Virus record (IMG/VR): IMGVR_UViG_3300030707_000002
From: an uncultured virus (IMG/VR IMGVR_UViG_3300030707_000002)
Lineage: Duplodnaviria > Heunggongvirae > Uroviricota > Caudoviricetes
Reading direction: 5' to 3' (one strand)
DNA: 64,000 nucleotides
Shown: one piece after another, positions 1-10,502 of the stretch
How the letters are laid out: the number at the start of each line of letters is the position of its first letter
How positions within the stretch are numbered: position 1 is the first letter of the stretch
Notes under the pieces: model-generated
Seen by the model: the letters and a program-made list of their open reading frames with translations, nothing else
The model's database searches: none
Told to the model about the DNA's origin: nothing
Program-made: the position numbers and the translations under genes

Positions 1-223
1 TTGTCCCGGACGAATGCTCGCCTGGATGCCACTGCCTGGATGATGGTGATTTCTTCCACGACGCGATCTGCGCTGGCAGACTCGCGAAACGCGAGCGCGC
101 GCGGCCAGGACCCGTCCACCACTGGGACGAGTGGTGGCGCGCGTTCCTTGAGCACGTATCCAAACACGGCACCGGCTACGGCGGATCTTATTGATTTGTG
201 CCGGACAAATCTCAAGAGGTACC

Positions 224-886
224 ATGAAGGTCAAAGCACTGATCGAGAAGCTCCAGAAACTTGAATCCGCCGAAGACTGCGAGGTGTTCGTGATCATCCG
301 CAACGGCGTGAACCTCGACCCCCTATTCATCACGACCGACCGCAGCGACGTGTACGTCTCTGCCATCGACCTCGTCGGCCGCTGCGTCGTGTTCGACACC
401 GCGAACGAGGTGATTGAGGCAGCCCGCATTCCACCGTGCGACCTATGCGGACGAGTACAGGTCGTGAGCGGTGCTGTACTCTGGAGCGCACCGAACACGA
501 TGGGTCTGTGCGCGAAGTCTCACGTGTGCATCTTGTGCTACTCACGCATCATCATGTTTGGGCCCGCATCCTCCGCGTTCTGCGGGACGGGAGGTCTCGG
601 TACGCCCTGGAAGCCTGGCGAGCCTGACGGATGCGGGGAGCCGGTGTTTTTCGATCGGCTATTCCCAGATGTTCGCCACACGGCAATTCGATGTGTCGAT
701 TGCTTTGCTGTTTTCTGCGTGGAGTGTGCAAAGTTGCACTTCAGTACGGGACAAGGGGCCGTCGTCATGGCGGCCCGAGCCATGACCGACAGGTGGAAGC
801 GTGGAAGACTTGGAGGTGAGAGGGCTGATGTACTAGAGCGAAAGCTGGAGCAAGCGGTGGACGGAATATGCGGGAGACCTCGGTAA
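224..886 (+). CDS. hypothetical phage protein with Cys-rich (CxxC) motifs
   Basis: ATG preceded by AAGAGG; several CxxC pairs (CDLC, CILC, CVDC, CVEC). Confidence 0.55.
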   Translation: MKVKALIEKLQKLESAEDCEVFVIIRNGVNLDPLFITTDRSDVYVSAIDLVGRCVVFDTANEVIEAARIPPCDLCGRVQVVSGAVLWSAPNTMGLCAKSHVCILCYSRIIMFGPASSAFCGTGGLGTPWKPGEPDGCGEPVFFDRLFPDVRHTAIRCVDCFAVFCVECAKLHFSTGQGAVVMAARAMTDRWKRGRLGGERADVLERKLEQAVDGICGRPR

Positions 887-1037
887 ACATTTTGCGAGCG
901 CGCTCGACTTTTTGAACCTGTCTCGTGGAAGTCTTGGGTGCCCGACGTGGCCACGGAAGTAAGGGTCGACGGAAACGTGGCAGGTTCAAACGGTCGATCG
1001 GCGGAGACTCGGTAAATTGCGCGCGAAGGGAGACGAG

Positions 1038-1271
1038 ATGGCCGAGATTGATGTGGAGGGGAGTCCGTGGTCGGCCTTGTGCCGACTCCTCTGGTGCTGG
1101 CTACGTCGCCACCCACGACGGTACATCTCGTGGTGGCTGGTGAAGCCCACGCGCGAAGGCGGCTGCCTCACCAGCTCCGGCCCCACGTCGGGTCACGACG
1201 TAGCCCCATTCGTGGCGGTGACCTGGACATGCCCAACTTGTGGGCGGCTTCGACTCGATCAGGTGACGTAA
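1038..1271 (+). CDS. small hypothetical protein with C-terminal CPTCG zinc-ribbon half
   Basis: ATG after GAAGGGAG RBS within the repeated TGCGCGCGAAGG motif. Confidence 0.5.
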   Translation: MAEIDVEGSPWSALCRLLWCWLRRHPRRYISWWLVKPTREGGCLTSSGPTSGHDVAPFVAVTWTCPTCGRLRLDQVT

Positions 1272-1294
1272 CGGTGCGCGCGAAGGAGGCTTAG

Positions 1295-1813
1295 ATGATG
1301 AACACGTGGATTCTATTAGGTGGAATGATCATCACGTGGGCTCTCTCCTATGTTGCCGGTCACATGCGCGGCTTACGCATAGGCGAAGACCGAGGCCGAC
1401 AGGCAGGACGAGACTACGAACGAAAGGAACGAGAGTCGTATTGGCCAAAAGACCCTCCGGAGACTCTTCGTTGGGGATCCGGCGGACCGCATCTTGAATA
1501 CGACTGCGGGCCGTGCGTGAAGTACGTCCGCGAAGATGTAGTATGTGCGCAGCCGGCTGCGTCTCTCGCGGTTGGCTTGCCACCTGTACGCGGACGTGGT
1601 TCGAGCGCGTTCCGTGGATTCCCGAACGCATGCGCGGTGCGTGAGCGTACGGCGGATGGGACGCCCGTTGGCCGCTGTTACTTCCACACGGAAAACGGCG
1701 TGTGCCCTCGACATGGTAACGTGAGTATGGTGCAGGAGGAGTACGTGCGAACCGGACGTCTGACTGACGAGGGCGACCTGGACAAAATGAGGAAGGACCA
1801 GGCGAAGAGGTGA
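1295..1813 (+). CDS. hypothetical protein with N-terminal TM helix
   Basis: GAAGGAGG RBS; hydrophobic N-terminus. Confidence 0.55.
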   Translation: MMNTWILLGGMIITWALSYVAGHMRGLRIGEDRGRQAGRDYERKERESYWPKDPPETLRWGSGGPHLEYDCGPCVKYVREDVVCAQPAASLAVGLPPVRGRGSSAFRGFPNACAVRERTADGTPVGRCYFHTENGVCPRHGNVSMVQEEYVRTGRLTDEGDLDKMRKDQAKR

Positions 1814-1948
1814 TGCCGTACCGAATCAAAACCGTGGGCGGTTGGTGGGTCTGGGTTCCTGCACCAGGACGCAGCGGCTTCCCGACGATGGGGCACGGTC
1901 ACTACGTGTACGAACAGGGCGACGGTTGCGTGGTAGCCTAGGCTCTCG

Positions 1949-2236
1949 ATGGCTCCGTCGCCCCAGGTTCTCCAAGCACTGCTCGCGGACGCTCGGCGCG
2001 AGGTGGCGCAGAAGTCGCGCACCCAGATCGAAGAGGAGACGGCCTACCGGTGGGCGGCCCGCGCGGTGGGGACCTACCAGCTCTGGAATGAGCGAGGGGA
2101 TCCGAGAATGCTTCGGGACAGCGAAACCTATTTCAACGAAGCCGTCGAGCATGCGGCGCTCGCTGACCACTCCGGCACCGTGTTGCAAGCCGTGCGGGCG
2201 TGGATGCGCCAGACCATCCCACCTGGCCAGCTCTAG
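1949..2236 (+). CDS. hypothetical helical protein
   Basis: 95 aa ORF with protein-like composition and GC3 bias. Confidence 0.55.
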   Translation: MAPSPQVLQALLADARREVAQKSRTQIEEETAYRWAARAVGTYQLWNERGDPRMLRDSETYFNEAVEHAALADHSGTVLQAVRAWMRQTIPPGQL

Positions 2237-2420
2237 TCGACGTCTCCGTCGCCGAACACGCCGCTGCAGCGCGGGTGCTCTAGCTCGGCAACGCGCTTCA
2301 GGGCCATTTCGAGCTGCTTTACCAGATCCACGATACGCGCTTCGAGCACAGAGCGGCTAATGCCGTGGAAGTCAAGCAACTCGTCGCGGTTCAAGAGACC
2401 TTCTACGATGGGCGATCCAC

Positions 2421-2639
2421 TCATCTTCGGTGCTCCTTGTGCCACGCCTCCATCGCGTCGGCGATGTCGCGTGCTTCAGCGATCTTCTCTGGGTTCCCGT
2501 GCTCCTGCCACTTCTGCGCGGCCCACATCCGCACGAGCACGGGGGCCATCGGGTCGCGCGCGAGCAGCGTGAACATCGGTTCGTCGGGATCTGCTTTAGA
2601 GTACGCGTCAAACTTACTTGGCCTGTCCTTGGATCCCAT
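2421..2639 (-). CDS. small conserved phage-type protein (DEPxFxLLARDP motif)
   Basis: motif DPDEPMFTLLARDPMAP recalled from phage hypothetical proteins; last gene of the leftward chain. Confidence 0.6.
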   Translation of the reverse strand: MGSKDRPSKFDAYSKADPDEPMFTLLARDPMAPVLVRMWAAQKWQEHGNPEKIAEARDIADAMEAWHKEHRR

Positions 2640-3231
2640 TCCGTTTATCCATTCGTTGTATGCGGGTACGATCTCTATTGCACGCCCTACAAACGCGGCG
2701 ATTGCCTTTTCGGAGCGTATTTTCTTCTGAGTACGGATGTCCAGCAGGACAGTTCGTCTTGATGCGGTTGTATTCTCCTTGGCGTGACTTAGGCGGTAGG
2801 TCGATTTTATTCAGTTTTCCGTGGTGACCGGAAATGAAGCGGACCTCAATATGCTGTTTGTTGAATCGCCACAAGCCGGTGCCGCATCCGCAAGCGCACC
2901 TGATCTGCTCGTTGGGTTGATCTGGCTGTTGTCGTTTAGTTGCCAGCTTTCTGTGCTCTGCGCGGTGGTGCCAATTAGACGGCATGAGCTTCAGGTTTTG
3001 GTCGATGTTGTCTGATTTGTTTTCATTCTTGTGGTGAACAAGCTCCCCACGAGTCTCTCCACGTTTCCCACGTATCAGTTGTCGACCAAGCGTCTTCTCC
3101 ATCACCAAGCGATGCTCGTAGGCGTACCCACGCACATCAGCTAGATGATGTCCTTTTCCGACAAACACGAGAATGTACCCGTCTTTGGTGGTCGTCTTTC
3201 GACCGATTCGAGATGGGTCAGGTTTTCGCAT
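2614..3231 (-). CDS. HNH homing endonuclease with C-terminal Zn-binding DNA-binding modules
   Basis: YAYEHRLVME...VHHKNENKSDN..NL HNH motif; CACGCG and KTNCPAGHPY...CRAC modules; visibly lower GC than flanks; overlaps both neighbours. Confidence 0.85.
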   Translation of the reverse strand: MRKPDPSRIGRKTTTKDGYILVFVGKGHHLADVRGYAYEHRLVMEKTLGRQLIRGKRGETRGELVHHKNENKSDNIDQNLKLMPSNWHHRAEHRKLATKRQQPDQPNEQIRCACGCGTGLWRFNKQHIEVRFISGHHGKLNKIDLPPKSRQGEYNRIKTNCPAGHPYSEENTLRKGNRRVCRACNRDRTRIQRMDKRNGIQGQAK

Positions 3232-3982
3232 CGATCAGTGGCTCGAAGCGAATGTTATCGCCAAACGTCCGCGCCTGCGCGTCCATCCGTTGCGCGCAGT
3301 CGGCGCACGCTGGCGTCTTGGGGTCGTCCTTGTTCCACACGATCCGACCAACAGCGGTGGCCCCGCAAGCCTTACCCTCGGGGGGCACGGTGATCTGGCA
3401 CCGGACGGCCCCTTTTGGTGCAGGCTGCTGGGTCGGGGCAGTCGGCGTCTCCTGTTCCTCTTCGGCGCGCGTCAGTCCAATGGGATTCACTGGACGGTTC
3501 CGTTCTTGCTGTTGCAGTCGGCGCAGAGCCCCTGCTCGTGGACGTAGTCGTTGAGTAGGTCCGACGCCGCGAGCAGCACGCGGCCTTCGACTTGATTGGC
3601 TGCCTCTTCGTCTAGGACGGTCTCGGTACGCTGCTCGTCGGTGGGATTGATGATCGAGCCGATGTGGAAGCGTTCGCCGCCCCGATAGAGCACCACAGTG
3701 ACGACAGCCTCGACGGAGTTGCCGTCGGTCGTGAGCTGCTTCATCAGGGTCTCGGCGGACGTGTTCACGATCGCGTTTTCTTCGTCGGTAGTCATTCGTT
3801 CTCCTGGGATGGTTTGCTCGGCAGAGCACGTACAAGTTCGGCGACGAAGTGCGGTTGCGCCCACCCCAGTCTCGGAGCAAACATCGCCCCGCAATGGGGG
3901 CATCGCTTCACGTCGTACTCGTACGCAATCGCGGTGCCGTGGGTGCAGTCGCGGAGTTTGGTGGCAGCCTCTTCGAGGTGGC

Positions 3983-4291
3983 TCATGGTGGTGGAAACCC
4001 AAACGAGAGGAGCTCGATCGACTCTTGAAGCTTGAGTGTTTTGCCCTCGGCGCGTGCGACGTATCCGATTGCGGCGTCGGCCGCGCGGTGCCATTCCTTG
4101 CTGGGTCGCTTGTCGTCGCATTGGCCTGGCCGGTACGCAGCCCACACGGCTCGCTGGATGACGCGCGGGACCATTCGCCAGTGATTTGGGCAGAACAGCA
4201 GCTCAAGCTTGACGGGCTTGCCGCAGTCGCGGGCGTGGCATGTATGCGGCAGCTCGGCAGGGACAGGCGGCGGGAAGAGCGGGATCGTCAC
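3983..4291 (-). CDS. phage zinc-finger-like protein
   Basis: HTCHARDC...LLFCPNHWRMVP..IQRAVW pattern; GTG overlapping upstream stop. Confidence 0.6.
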   Translation of the reverse strand: MTIPLFPPPVPAELPHTCHARDCGKPVKLELLFCPNHWRMVPRVIQRAVWAAYRPGQCDDKRPSKEWHRAADAAIGYVARAEGKTLKLQESIELLSFGFPPP

Positions 4292-5981
4292 GGAGCCGGC
4301 TCCAAGCTCTCCGCCGACACGGGATGCAGCACGTTGATCCCGTCCCACGCCACCGTGACGAGCGGCAAGCAGCCGTACACGTTCGTTCGCTGGATGCGGC
4401 CGAACGTCCCCTCGGGCACCTCTTCCCCGGTGCCGTAGACAATGGTCTCGGAGGCGCGGATGCGTTCGCCGGGGTGGAATGTTCGGAGCAATCGGGCGAT
4501 TCGTTCGTCCATCGTCGTCATATTCCCTCTTCGATTTCGATTTCGTTGAAGGTTCGGCCGCATCCGAAGCAACGCTGCCGTTCCTTCAGTTTTCCGTGCC
4601 GATGCGGTGTGCATGGATCGATGTCGTTGGTCCGATCGGGCAGGAGTGCGTCGTCGCGGTTGGTGTGCACCCCCGCACCGATCACCCGCACGAGGTCGCC
4701 GCGCGGCGAGGAGGAGCCGAGCAGCGTGTCGACGGCGTCGGGGATGCGGAACCGGCTCATCGGTCTTCCGGCGGCAGTTGGTGGAGCGGCACCCGGTCGA
4801 CGGCGGGGAAGGCGTGACGGAGGCAGAACCGGCCGGCCCGGAATCGGGAGTGACCGTAGGGGGCCAGTTGCCGGACCCGGTAGCCCGCCGAGTCGGGGCA
4901 CCGGCGGGCATCTTCACGATGGTCGCAACGCGGATTCGACTTCATGTGGGTAGGCCCCGCTCTCGATCTTCTTGCTCCAAACAGTGTGTGATGTACCGGG
5001 ACACCGCGATCGACACGTCGAGCACTCGTTCGCGAGCTTGCTGAGCAGTTTGCACAACATCTCGAAGTAACTCAGTTTCGTGATTGCTCGACAATTCCAT
5101 TTCGGCAATACACTCGTTCGAGATAGTTTCAAGCGTACGTCGAATGTCTTCGAGTGTGCGTGAACTCGATTTCATGGTTCACCTCGAAGCAGGGCGGCGG
5201 CGAGGATACCAAGGACGGCTCCCAAGAGCACGATGCCGAGGATGGTGTTCTGCATCGCTCACCATCCCCGCTCGAACAACCGTCCGGTCAGCCAGTCGAA
5301 TGCTCGAGCGAGTAATGGGTATCCCGGCGCGTCGAACCGGAACGCTAGCGCGCGAGCGATATCGCTCAGCTTTCTCATGCTGGCTCCTGGACAATCGGTT
5401 CCGGCTTCGATTTTGTGGTCACCCATTCGGTCATCACTCTCGTAAAACAATACTCGAAGCACGTGTCCCACCCGCCGCCGTGCGACGCCGTACTGACGCC
5501 CGTCTCCTTCCAGCGAAAGGCTTGCGAGATGACGCGCTCGGTCTCCCAGATGGCGATCCACGACAGCGCCTTCACAAGTGTCGGTTCCCCGCAGGCACGG
5601 GCGACGGCCTCGTCGATGTTCATCGTGATCCCCTCGTCGTGACTGGGCGATCGGTGTGGGCCGCATACGTGGCCGCTTTGATGAAGACCCGTACAAATAG
5701 ATCGCGCCAGCGGTCCGGTACCGAGACGTTGCCGAACCGATCGATCCCGTGCATCGAGTCGACGGCCGCGTGGAATGCCTCTCCTTGGGTGATCGGCGTA
5801 CCAGCTCGCGAGAGGACGCCGACGAGGAGGCCGCGCCGGTTCGCCTCGCGCGCGATCACGTGACGGGTCGACAGTCTCGAGCGCTTCAAGAAGACCGTCG
5901 TCTGGTTGACGCTCGGGTACAGCACGACACTGGCAGCCCCCTTGATGGGGATGTCGGGGGCGTCCGATCGTACGGTGAACT

Positions 5982-6407
5982 TCATGTCGTCTCCATCGGC
6001 GGATCTCTCCACACCCAGTGGGTAACTTGGGGACTCGCTCCGTGCGGACCGAACATGCGGATCGGTTGGCGGCCGGCTCGGTCTTCCTCGGGCACGCCGA
6101 GCGCTACGACGAGCTCGTCCAGTCGCGCTCGTCCCTCGTCGGTCGGGTAGCCGCCGCGCCAGCTCGCCGACAGATGCAAGACTCCTTGCTGCACGGCGCG
6201 GGAGAGGGCGTCCTTGGTTGGGTCGAACGTCTCGCCAAGAAGTTGCTCGGCGGTCGTTCGTGCGAACTGCACGTGCTCCTGGTCGAGAGCGTCCTCGTAC
6301 GGCCCGTGGGTGAGGCTCAGCCGCCAGCCGGCCCAGTACCGAACGGCGGCACGCTGACGGGAGTCGCGCCGGAGCCGGCGAGCGATTTCAGCGGCGGGCT
6401 CGATCAT
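5982..6407 (-). CDS. hypothetical protein
   Basis: ATGA coupling at both ends. Confidence 0.55.
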   Translation of the reverse strand: MIEPAAEIARRLRRDSRQRAAVRYWAGWRLSLTHGPYEDALDQEHVQFARTTAEQLLGETFDPTKDALSRAVQQGVLHLSASWRGGYPTDEGRARLDELVVALGVPEEDRAGRQPIRMFGPHGASPQVTHWVWRDPPMETT

Positions 6408-6680
6408 CGCAGGTCCTTCGATCGGGCGCGAATGACGTTCACGCACTCGAACGCGACGCTCTGGCGTTCGCGGTCGGGCGAGTGGCGGCCGACGGTCTCG
6501 ACCCACTCAGCGGCGTCTTTCAGCGCCACCGCACGCTCTTTTTGCGCGACCTGTTCGAACGCTGCCGCGAGGTCGTCCATCGCCTCGGTCGTCGTCAGGT
6601 GACGATGGAGCCGGCAGAACTCGGCCGCCCGCCGCTCGTTCTCCTCGCTGACCACCAGCACGATTGTCGTCATGCGCGAT

Positions 6681-6863
6681 TCACAGATGAACTGCCTTCA
6701 GGGACTGATCGAGGAGCGCGCGGACGGTCTCCGAGAAGTTGACCTTGGCCCCGGTGTCTTCGCGCAACTTCTCCTGGTACCTGCGGATGCGGCTCTTGAG
6801 CTCCTCGGTCATCCGGATTTGATTTTGCTTCGTCGTCTGCTTGCTCTTGCCCGTCCGCTTCAT
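6681..6863 (-). CDS. ribbon-helix-helix transcriptional regulator
   Basis: QIRMTEELKSRI...NFSETVRALL RHH pattern; heads the leftward operon. Confidence 0.65.
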   Translation of the reverse strand: MKRTGKSKQTTKQNQIRMTEELKSRIRRYQEKLREDTGAKVNFSETVRALLDQSLKAVHL

Positions 6864-6904
6864 ACTTCGGAAGGATAGCCCAAGGAGCACGCGGTATCAA
6901 GTGA

Positions 6905-6934
6905 TTGACATCGAGTGACACCGGGTGTACCTAT
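6905..6934 (+). promoter_or_regulatory. sigma70-like promoter of the rightward operon
   Basis: TTGACA at 6905-6910, 17 nt spacer, TG-TACCTAT (imperfect -10). Confidence 0.45.
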
Positions 6935-6958
6935 GAACCACGAAAGGAAGACACAAGA

Positions 6959-7516
6959 ATGCTCACCGAATCCATTCAGGGTCTCATCGACACGTTCGTC
7001 GAAGGACTTCTCGCCACCGTCCGCAGCGCATCGCTCGAAGAACTGACGGCGGGTTCCTCACGCAAGGAACGTCCGCCTCCGCCCGGCGCGGCAGACCTCG
7101 GCCGAAATCTCGACCCTGCTTTCGTTCGTTCGAAGGCCAAGCCGGGCCGGTTGCAGCGTCGCTCGGCCGAGCAGATCCAGGAGATCCTCGGTTCCATCGT
7201 GAGCCTCTTGCGGCGGCACAAGGACGGGCTGCGCTCGGAACAGATCCGATCCGAGCTGGGTCTTTCCGCGCGCGAGATGCCCCGCGTGATCCAGCAGGGG
7301 CTCTCGGACAAGACCGTCCAGATCCTCAGCGGCGAGAAGCGAGCCACCACGTACGGGGTTGTCGGCAGCCACAAGACGAAGAAGGCGCCGAAGAAGGTGA
7401 AGGCCGCGCCGAAGGCCAAGTCCACCAAGCCGAAGGCCAAGAAGGTGAAGGCGGTCAAGAAGGCGCCTTCCAAGTCGGTGAGCAAGAAGACGGTGCCTGC
7501 GGCGGCTGCAGCGTAA
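6959..7516 (+). CDS. DNA-binding protein: winged-helix-like core plus histone H1-like Lys/Ala/Pro tail
   Basis: AAAGGAAG RBS; RRSAEQI...GLRSEQIRSELG...GEKRATTY core (recalled from Polyangiaceae proteins); KKAPKKVKAAPK tail. Confidence 0.75.
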   Translation: MLTESIQGLIDTFVEGLLATVRSASLEELTAGSSRKERPPPPGAADLGRNLDPAFVRSKAKPGRLQRRSAEQIQEILGSIVSLLRRHKDGLRSEQIRSELGLSAREMPRVIQQGLSDKTVQILSGEKRATTYGVVGSHKTKKAPKKVKAAPKAKSTKPKAKKVKAVKKAPSKSVSKKTVPAAAAA

Positions 7517-7526
7517 GCTTGTCTGG

Positions 7527-7817
7527 ATGAACTGCGACGGCAAGGATCTGATCCGTTCCGTGTGCTCGTTCCCGAACGGACTCACGCTCGTTTCGCGGCA
7601 TCGTCCCGATCACTCGGTGGAACCGTCCGTCGTCCGTCGTGCACCGGTCGGCACGCCGATGATGCCCGGGGAGGAATACGTGACGACGAAGCCGCGCGAG
7701 GACGGTTCTTTCGAGATCGTCGACTCGTACGTGCACGCCGGTCCGGCGCAGGTGGCGACCGAAGGGTACCGAACCGGGTGGGAGCGAACGTTCAACGCGC
7801 CAGGAGGCAGTGCGTGA
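7527..7817 (+). CDS. hypothetical protein
   Basis: 96 aa ORF, coupled to the next gene by GTGA. Confidence 0.55.
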   Translation: MNCDGKDLIRSVCSFPNGLTLVSRHRPDHSVEPSVVRRAPVGTPMMPGEEYVTTKPREDGSFEIVDSYVHAGPAQVATEGYRTGWERTFNAPGGSA

Positions 7818-8143
7818 AATTGCACAACGGCTTTCCAGAAAAAGGTTTCGAGCAGATCACGCCGTTCGATTCAACCGAACGTCGCGCGCTTTGGATGCGA
7901 TGTGATCCTCCCGCGGAAGACAGCATGGCAGCGGTGGATCTCAAATCCATTGAGCTGCGCGCCGGTCGTGAAGGGGATGATACCCAGGTCATCCTTCGCG
8001 TCGGCGAGACAATCACAGAAAAGCTCCTGTGCGAGCTCGCAGAGGCGATGCACCGAGGAAAGGACGCAAGCGAAGATTTCGTCGAGTACGTCACGAAGAA
8101 GCTAGCTGGCGCGACCTTTCCACTTTCATCCGATCAAAGGTGA
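7814..8143 (+). CDS. hypothetical protein
   Basis: GTG with GGAGG RBS overlapping upstream stop. Confidence 0.5.
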   Translation: MKLHNGFPEKGFEQITPFDSTERRALWMRCDPPAEDSMAAVDLKSIELRAGREGDDTQVILRVGETITEKLLCELAEAMHRGKDASEDFVEYVTKKLAGATFPLSSDQR

Positions 8144-8259
8144 CGCGTGATTGGGAATAAAATCGCCGAGTACTACTACGGCCTGGACGCCTCGGCGACG
8201 GTCATCGCGAAGCGGATAGCTAAAGGCAACAGCGTGTAACGCAAGGAGACGGGTTGAAA

Positions 8260-8646
8260 ATGGGGAAATGGGCGATGACTGTGGTGGTTGCTGCAAGCTT
8301 GCTGCTTGCCAAGACGCTGAGGGGGGACACGCCGGAGCTGCCGACGTACACGTACGCGATCTCGACTCCGTCGTACAAGGACGCCGGCGTCTTTCTGGGC
8401 GCCATCCGCATGCGGATCCCGGACACCGTCTGGCTCTGCGACATCACGTACGGACGCGCGGGGCTGCTCGCGCGCTGTTCGACGCCGCGCCTGGAAGGTG
8501 GACTCTTGCCCGAGGTGATTACGCGCGTATCCTGCGCGACGGCGGACAACGACGCCGAGACGGTGCATCTGAGCACGCTAAACGAGAGCACGTACGCGAG
8601 CTTGAACATCGCGTGCAAACGCAACCTGTACGACGACGGCTTCTAA
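8260..8646 (+). CDS. putative secreted hypothetical protein
   Basis: AAGGAG upstream; signal-peptide-like N-terminus. Confidence 0.5.
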   Translation: MGKWAMTVVVAASLLLAKTLRGDTPELPTYTYAISTPSYKDAGVFLGAIRMRIPDTVWLCDITYGRAGLLARCSTPRLEGGLLPEVITRVSCATADNDAETVHLSTLNESTYASLNIACKRNLYDDGF

Positions 8647-8660
8647 AAAGGAGGAACCCC

Positions 8661-9005
8661 ATGACGATCCTCGACTGGATCAAGAACAGGCTCAGCCCCG
8701 ACCCCTCCCTCAGCTTCCAGCAGACGGAGCCGCCGGAAGGGGAGGAGGAGCCGCCCGAACCCGTGGTGGTAGCGGCTCGCTTCAGGGTGACGACGGTGGA
8801 CGAGTTGGGAAAAGACGGCAAGGTCCTCTTCGTCTACGGTCGCGATCAGGCCGAGGCGTGCGGGCGGATTCCGTCGCCGCTCCTCGTGAACGCGCGCATT
8901 GAGCTTGCCGGTCACGTCGAGAACGGCGTCGTTCACTTCCCACCCGACGAGCTGCGCGAGGCGATGGCGTCCATGCAGGACGGTCGCCGAGCGCCGGGAG
9001 CGTAG
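8661..9005 (+). CDS. hypothetical protein
   Basis: AAGGAGG RBS before ATG (MTILDWIKNRL). Confidence 0.6.
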   Translation: MTILDWIKNRLSPDPSLSFQQTEPPEGEEEPPEPVVVAARFRVTTVDELGKDGKVLFVYGRDQAEACGRIPSPLLVNARIELAGHVENGVVHFPPDELREAMASMQDGRRAPGA

Positions 9006-9064
9006 AGAGTCGGGCCTGGACCGCTGGGCGGTCATCGCGGAGCCATCCCGGAGCGAGAGACCAA

Positions 9065-9421
9065 GTGAAGAATCTGCGCGCGCTCCCACGAATCGACCTC
9101 TCCACGCCGGTCAAGCGGCGACAGGCGACGACAGTGCTAGACGCGCTCATCGAGCAACGGGATCAGTTGCGCAAGATGGCGGAGCGATACCCACTTTTCA
9201 TCATGGTTGCCGATAGACAGCACGTGTCTGAGTCACCTGACGATGTGGATGCGCTCATCGTCGGCGTAGAGTTGGGGTTGGCTGAGCACCGAGGACTGAA
9301 ATCGATGATTCTGCGCGCGGCGGGACGATTATTGTGCTGGCTCGGGATGCACCGTTGGCGTAACCCGGGCCTATGGGACTGCGCACGATGCTTCCGATGT
9401 GGCTTGCATGACACCTACTAA
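9065..9421 (+). CDS. hypothetical protein with C-terminal CWLGxHxW...CxRC motif
   Basis: LLCWLGMHRW...CFRCG, a DUF1660-like prophage motif. Confidence 0.5.
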   Translation: MKNLRALPRIDLSTPVKRRQATTVLDALIEQRDQLRKMAERYPLFIMVADRQHVSESPDDVDALIVGVELGLAEHRGLKSMILRAAGRLLCWLGMHRWRNPGLWDCARCFRCGLHDTY

Positions 9422-9695
9422 TCTGCGCGCAGCCGACTGGCGGGACCACGCTTGGATCGCATGGGACAAGACCGTGCCGGCGGTCATGCAGAAGGGCCCG
9501 ATTGGAACGGAGGACGAGGTGCGCGAGTGGGTGAGGATGAGAGAGAACGAGCGCCGGAACGACTCGTCATGCAAGTGGGAAGTCGCAATACCGGATGCGT
9601 TCGAGGAGCGCCTGCAGGCTCGGGCGGTCGAACGCGGCATCCTCGTTTGGTCCACCAAAGGCAAGTACGGGGTACGTGTACAGCGCAAGTTGTAA
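9408..9695 (+). CDS. hypothetical protein
   Basis: ORF overlapping upstream gene; TAA stop. Confidence 0.5.
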   Translation: MTPTNLRAADWRDHAWIAWDKTVPAVMQKGPIGTEDEVREWVRMRENERRNDSSCKWEVAIPDAFEERLQARAVERGILVWSTKGKYGVRVQRKL

Positions 9696-9735
9696 CGACA
9701 GACGACGCGACCGCGTGCGCACGAAGGAGGATGAG

Positions 9736-9957
9736 ATGGTAGACGGATGTTCTTGCATCGGACGATGCGCGATTAGTAGCGCCGACGCTCAGGAAATATC
9801 AGACTCGATCGCCGAGTCCATCGCAGAGCCGAAGCGCCCGCCATGCAGGTATTGTGGTAAGACCTGGTGGGAGCACTCCAGCGTAGCCGGCATCGGGTAC
9901 GTCTGTCCGGTCGCGGTATTCACGTATGAGCCCGTGTCATCAGAATCAACTCGATAA
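9736..9957 (+). CDS. small Cys-rich hypothetical protein
   Basis: GAAGGAGG RBS within the repeated motif; CRYC. Confidence 0.5.
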   Translation: MVDGCSCIGRCAISSADAQEISDSIAESIAEPKRPPCRYCGKTWWEHSSVAGIGYVCPVAVFTYEPVSSESTR

Positions 9958-9978
9958 CATGCGCGCAAAGGAGGGCCA

Positions 9979-10152
9979 GTGAGCTACGACCAGCAGCCAG
10001 CAGATGCAGAGTCAGAGGTTCGACGACTTCGTGCCGAATCCGAAGAGCGCGGGTCAATCCTCAGAGCGCTCCTCGACGAGGTGTCGTACGTCTCGAAGGG
10101 CCCAGCACATCGTGCGGCGCTGGAGTGGCGTGAACGAAACCGCGGGAAGTAA
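9979..10152 (+). CDS. 57 aa hypothetical protein (absent from ORF track)
   Basis: GTG after AAAGGAGG; open to TAA at 10152. Confidence 0.45.
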   Translation: MSYDQQPADAESEVRRLRAESEERGSILRALLDEVSYVSKGPAHRAALEWRERNRGK

Positions 10153-10196
10153 CCGCGCGCCCGCATGCGCGCGAGTCGAGAAAGAACGAGGGAAAC

Positions 10197-10502
10197 ATGA
10201 CGGCAGCTCAGGAAGCTCAGCGGACCTGCTCACGATGTGGCTGCGAGGGGCCACTCCACCGCGAAGGTGAGGTTGAGGTGGGATGCCAGCTCGCCGAGCT
10301 TCGCACACGCCTTGCGGCGGCCGAGGCTGGTCTCTGGGCTGTCGTGAACGGAATCTCCGCTGGCTGGCCAATAGAGCAGCGTTACCGAATCTACGACGCT
10401 GTCGCGAGGGGGCTTGGTGGTACCCACGAGTGGGAACGTGGGTCGCTCAGTGGACAATTCGTAGGTTTGCGTGCGCCCGTGTCACCAGAAACGGCGCAGT
10501 AA
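10197..10502 (+). CDS. hypothetical protein
   Basis: GAGGG RBS; CSRCGC motif. Confidence 0.5.
   Translation: MTAAQEAQRTCSRCGCEGPLHREGEVEVGCQLAELRTRLAAAEAGLWAVVNGISAGWPIEQRYRIYDAVARGLGGTHEWERGSLSGQFVGLRAPVSPETAQ

Larger units (their letters stand above)
3218..6673 (-). other. leftward operon of about 13 small phage-type genes chained mostly by ATGA/GTGA overlaps
   Basis: starts at 6673, 6407, 5985, 5623, 5378, 5175, 4945, 4760, 4521, 4291, 3986, 3795, 3490; most overlap the upstream stop by 4 nt; several Cys/His zinc-finger-like products. Confidence 0.65.
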
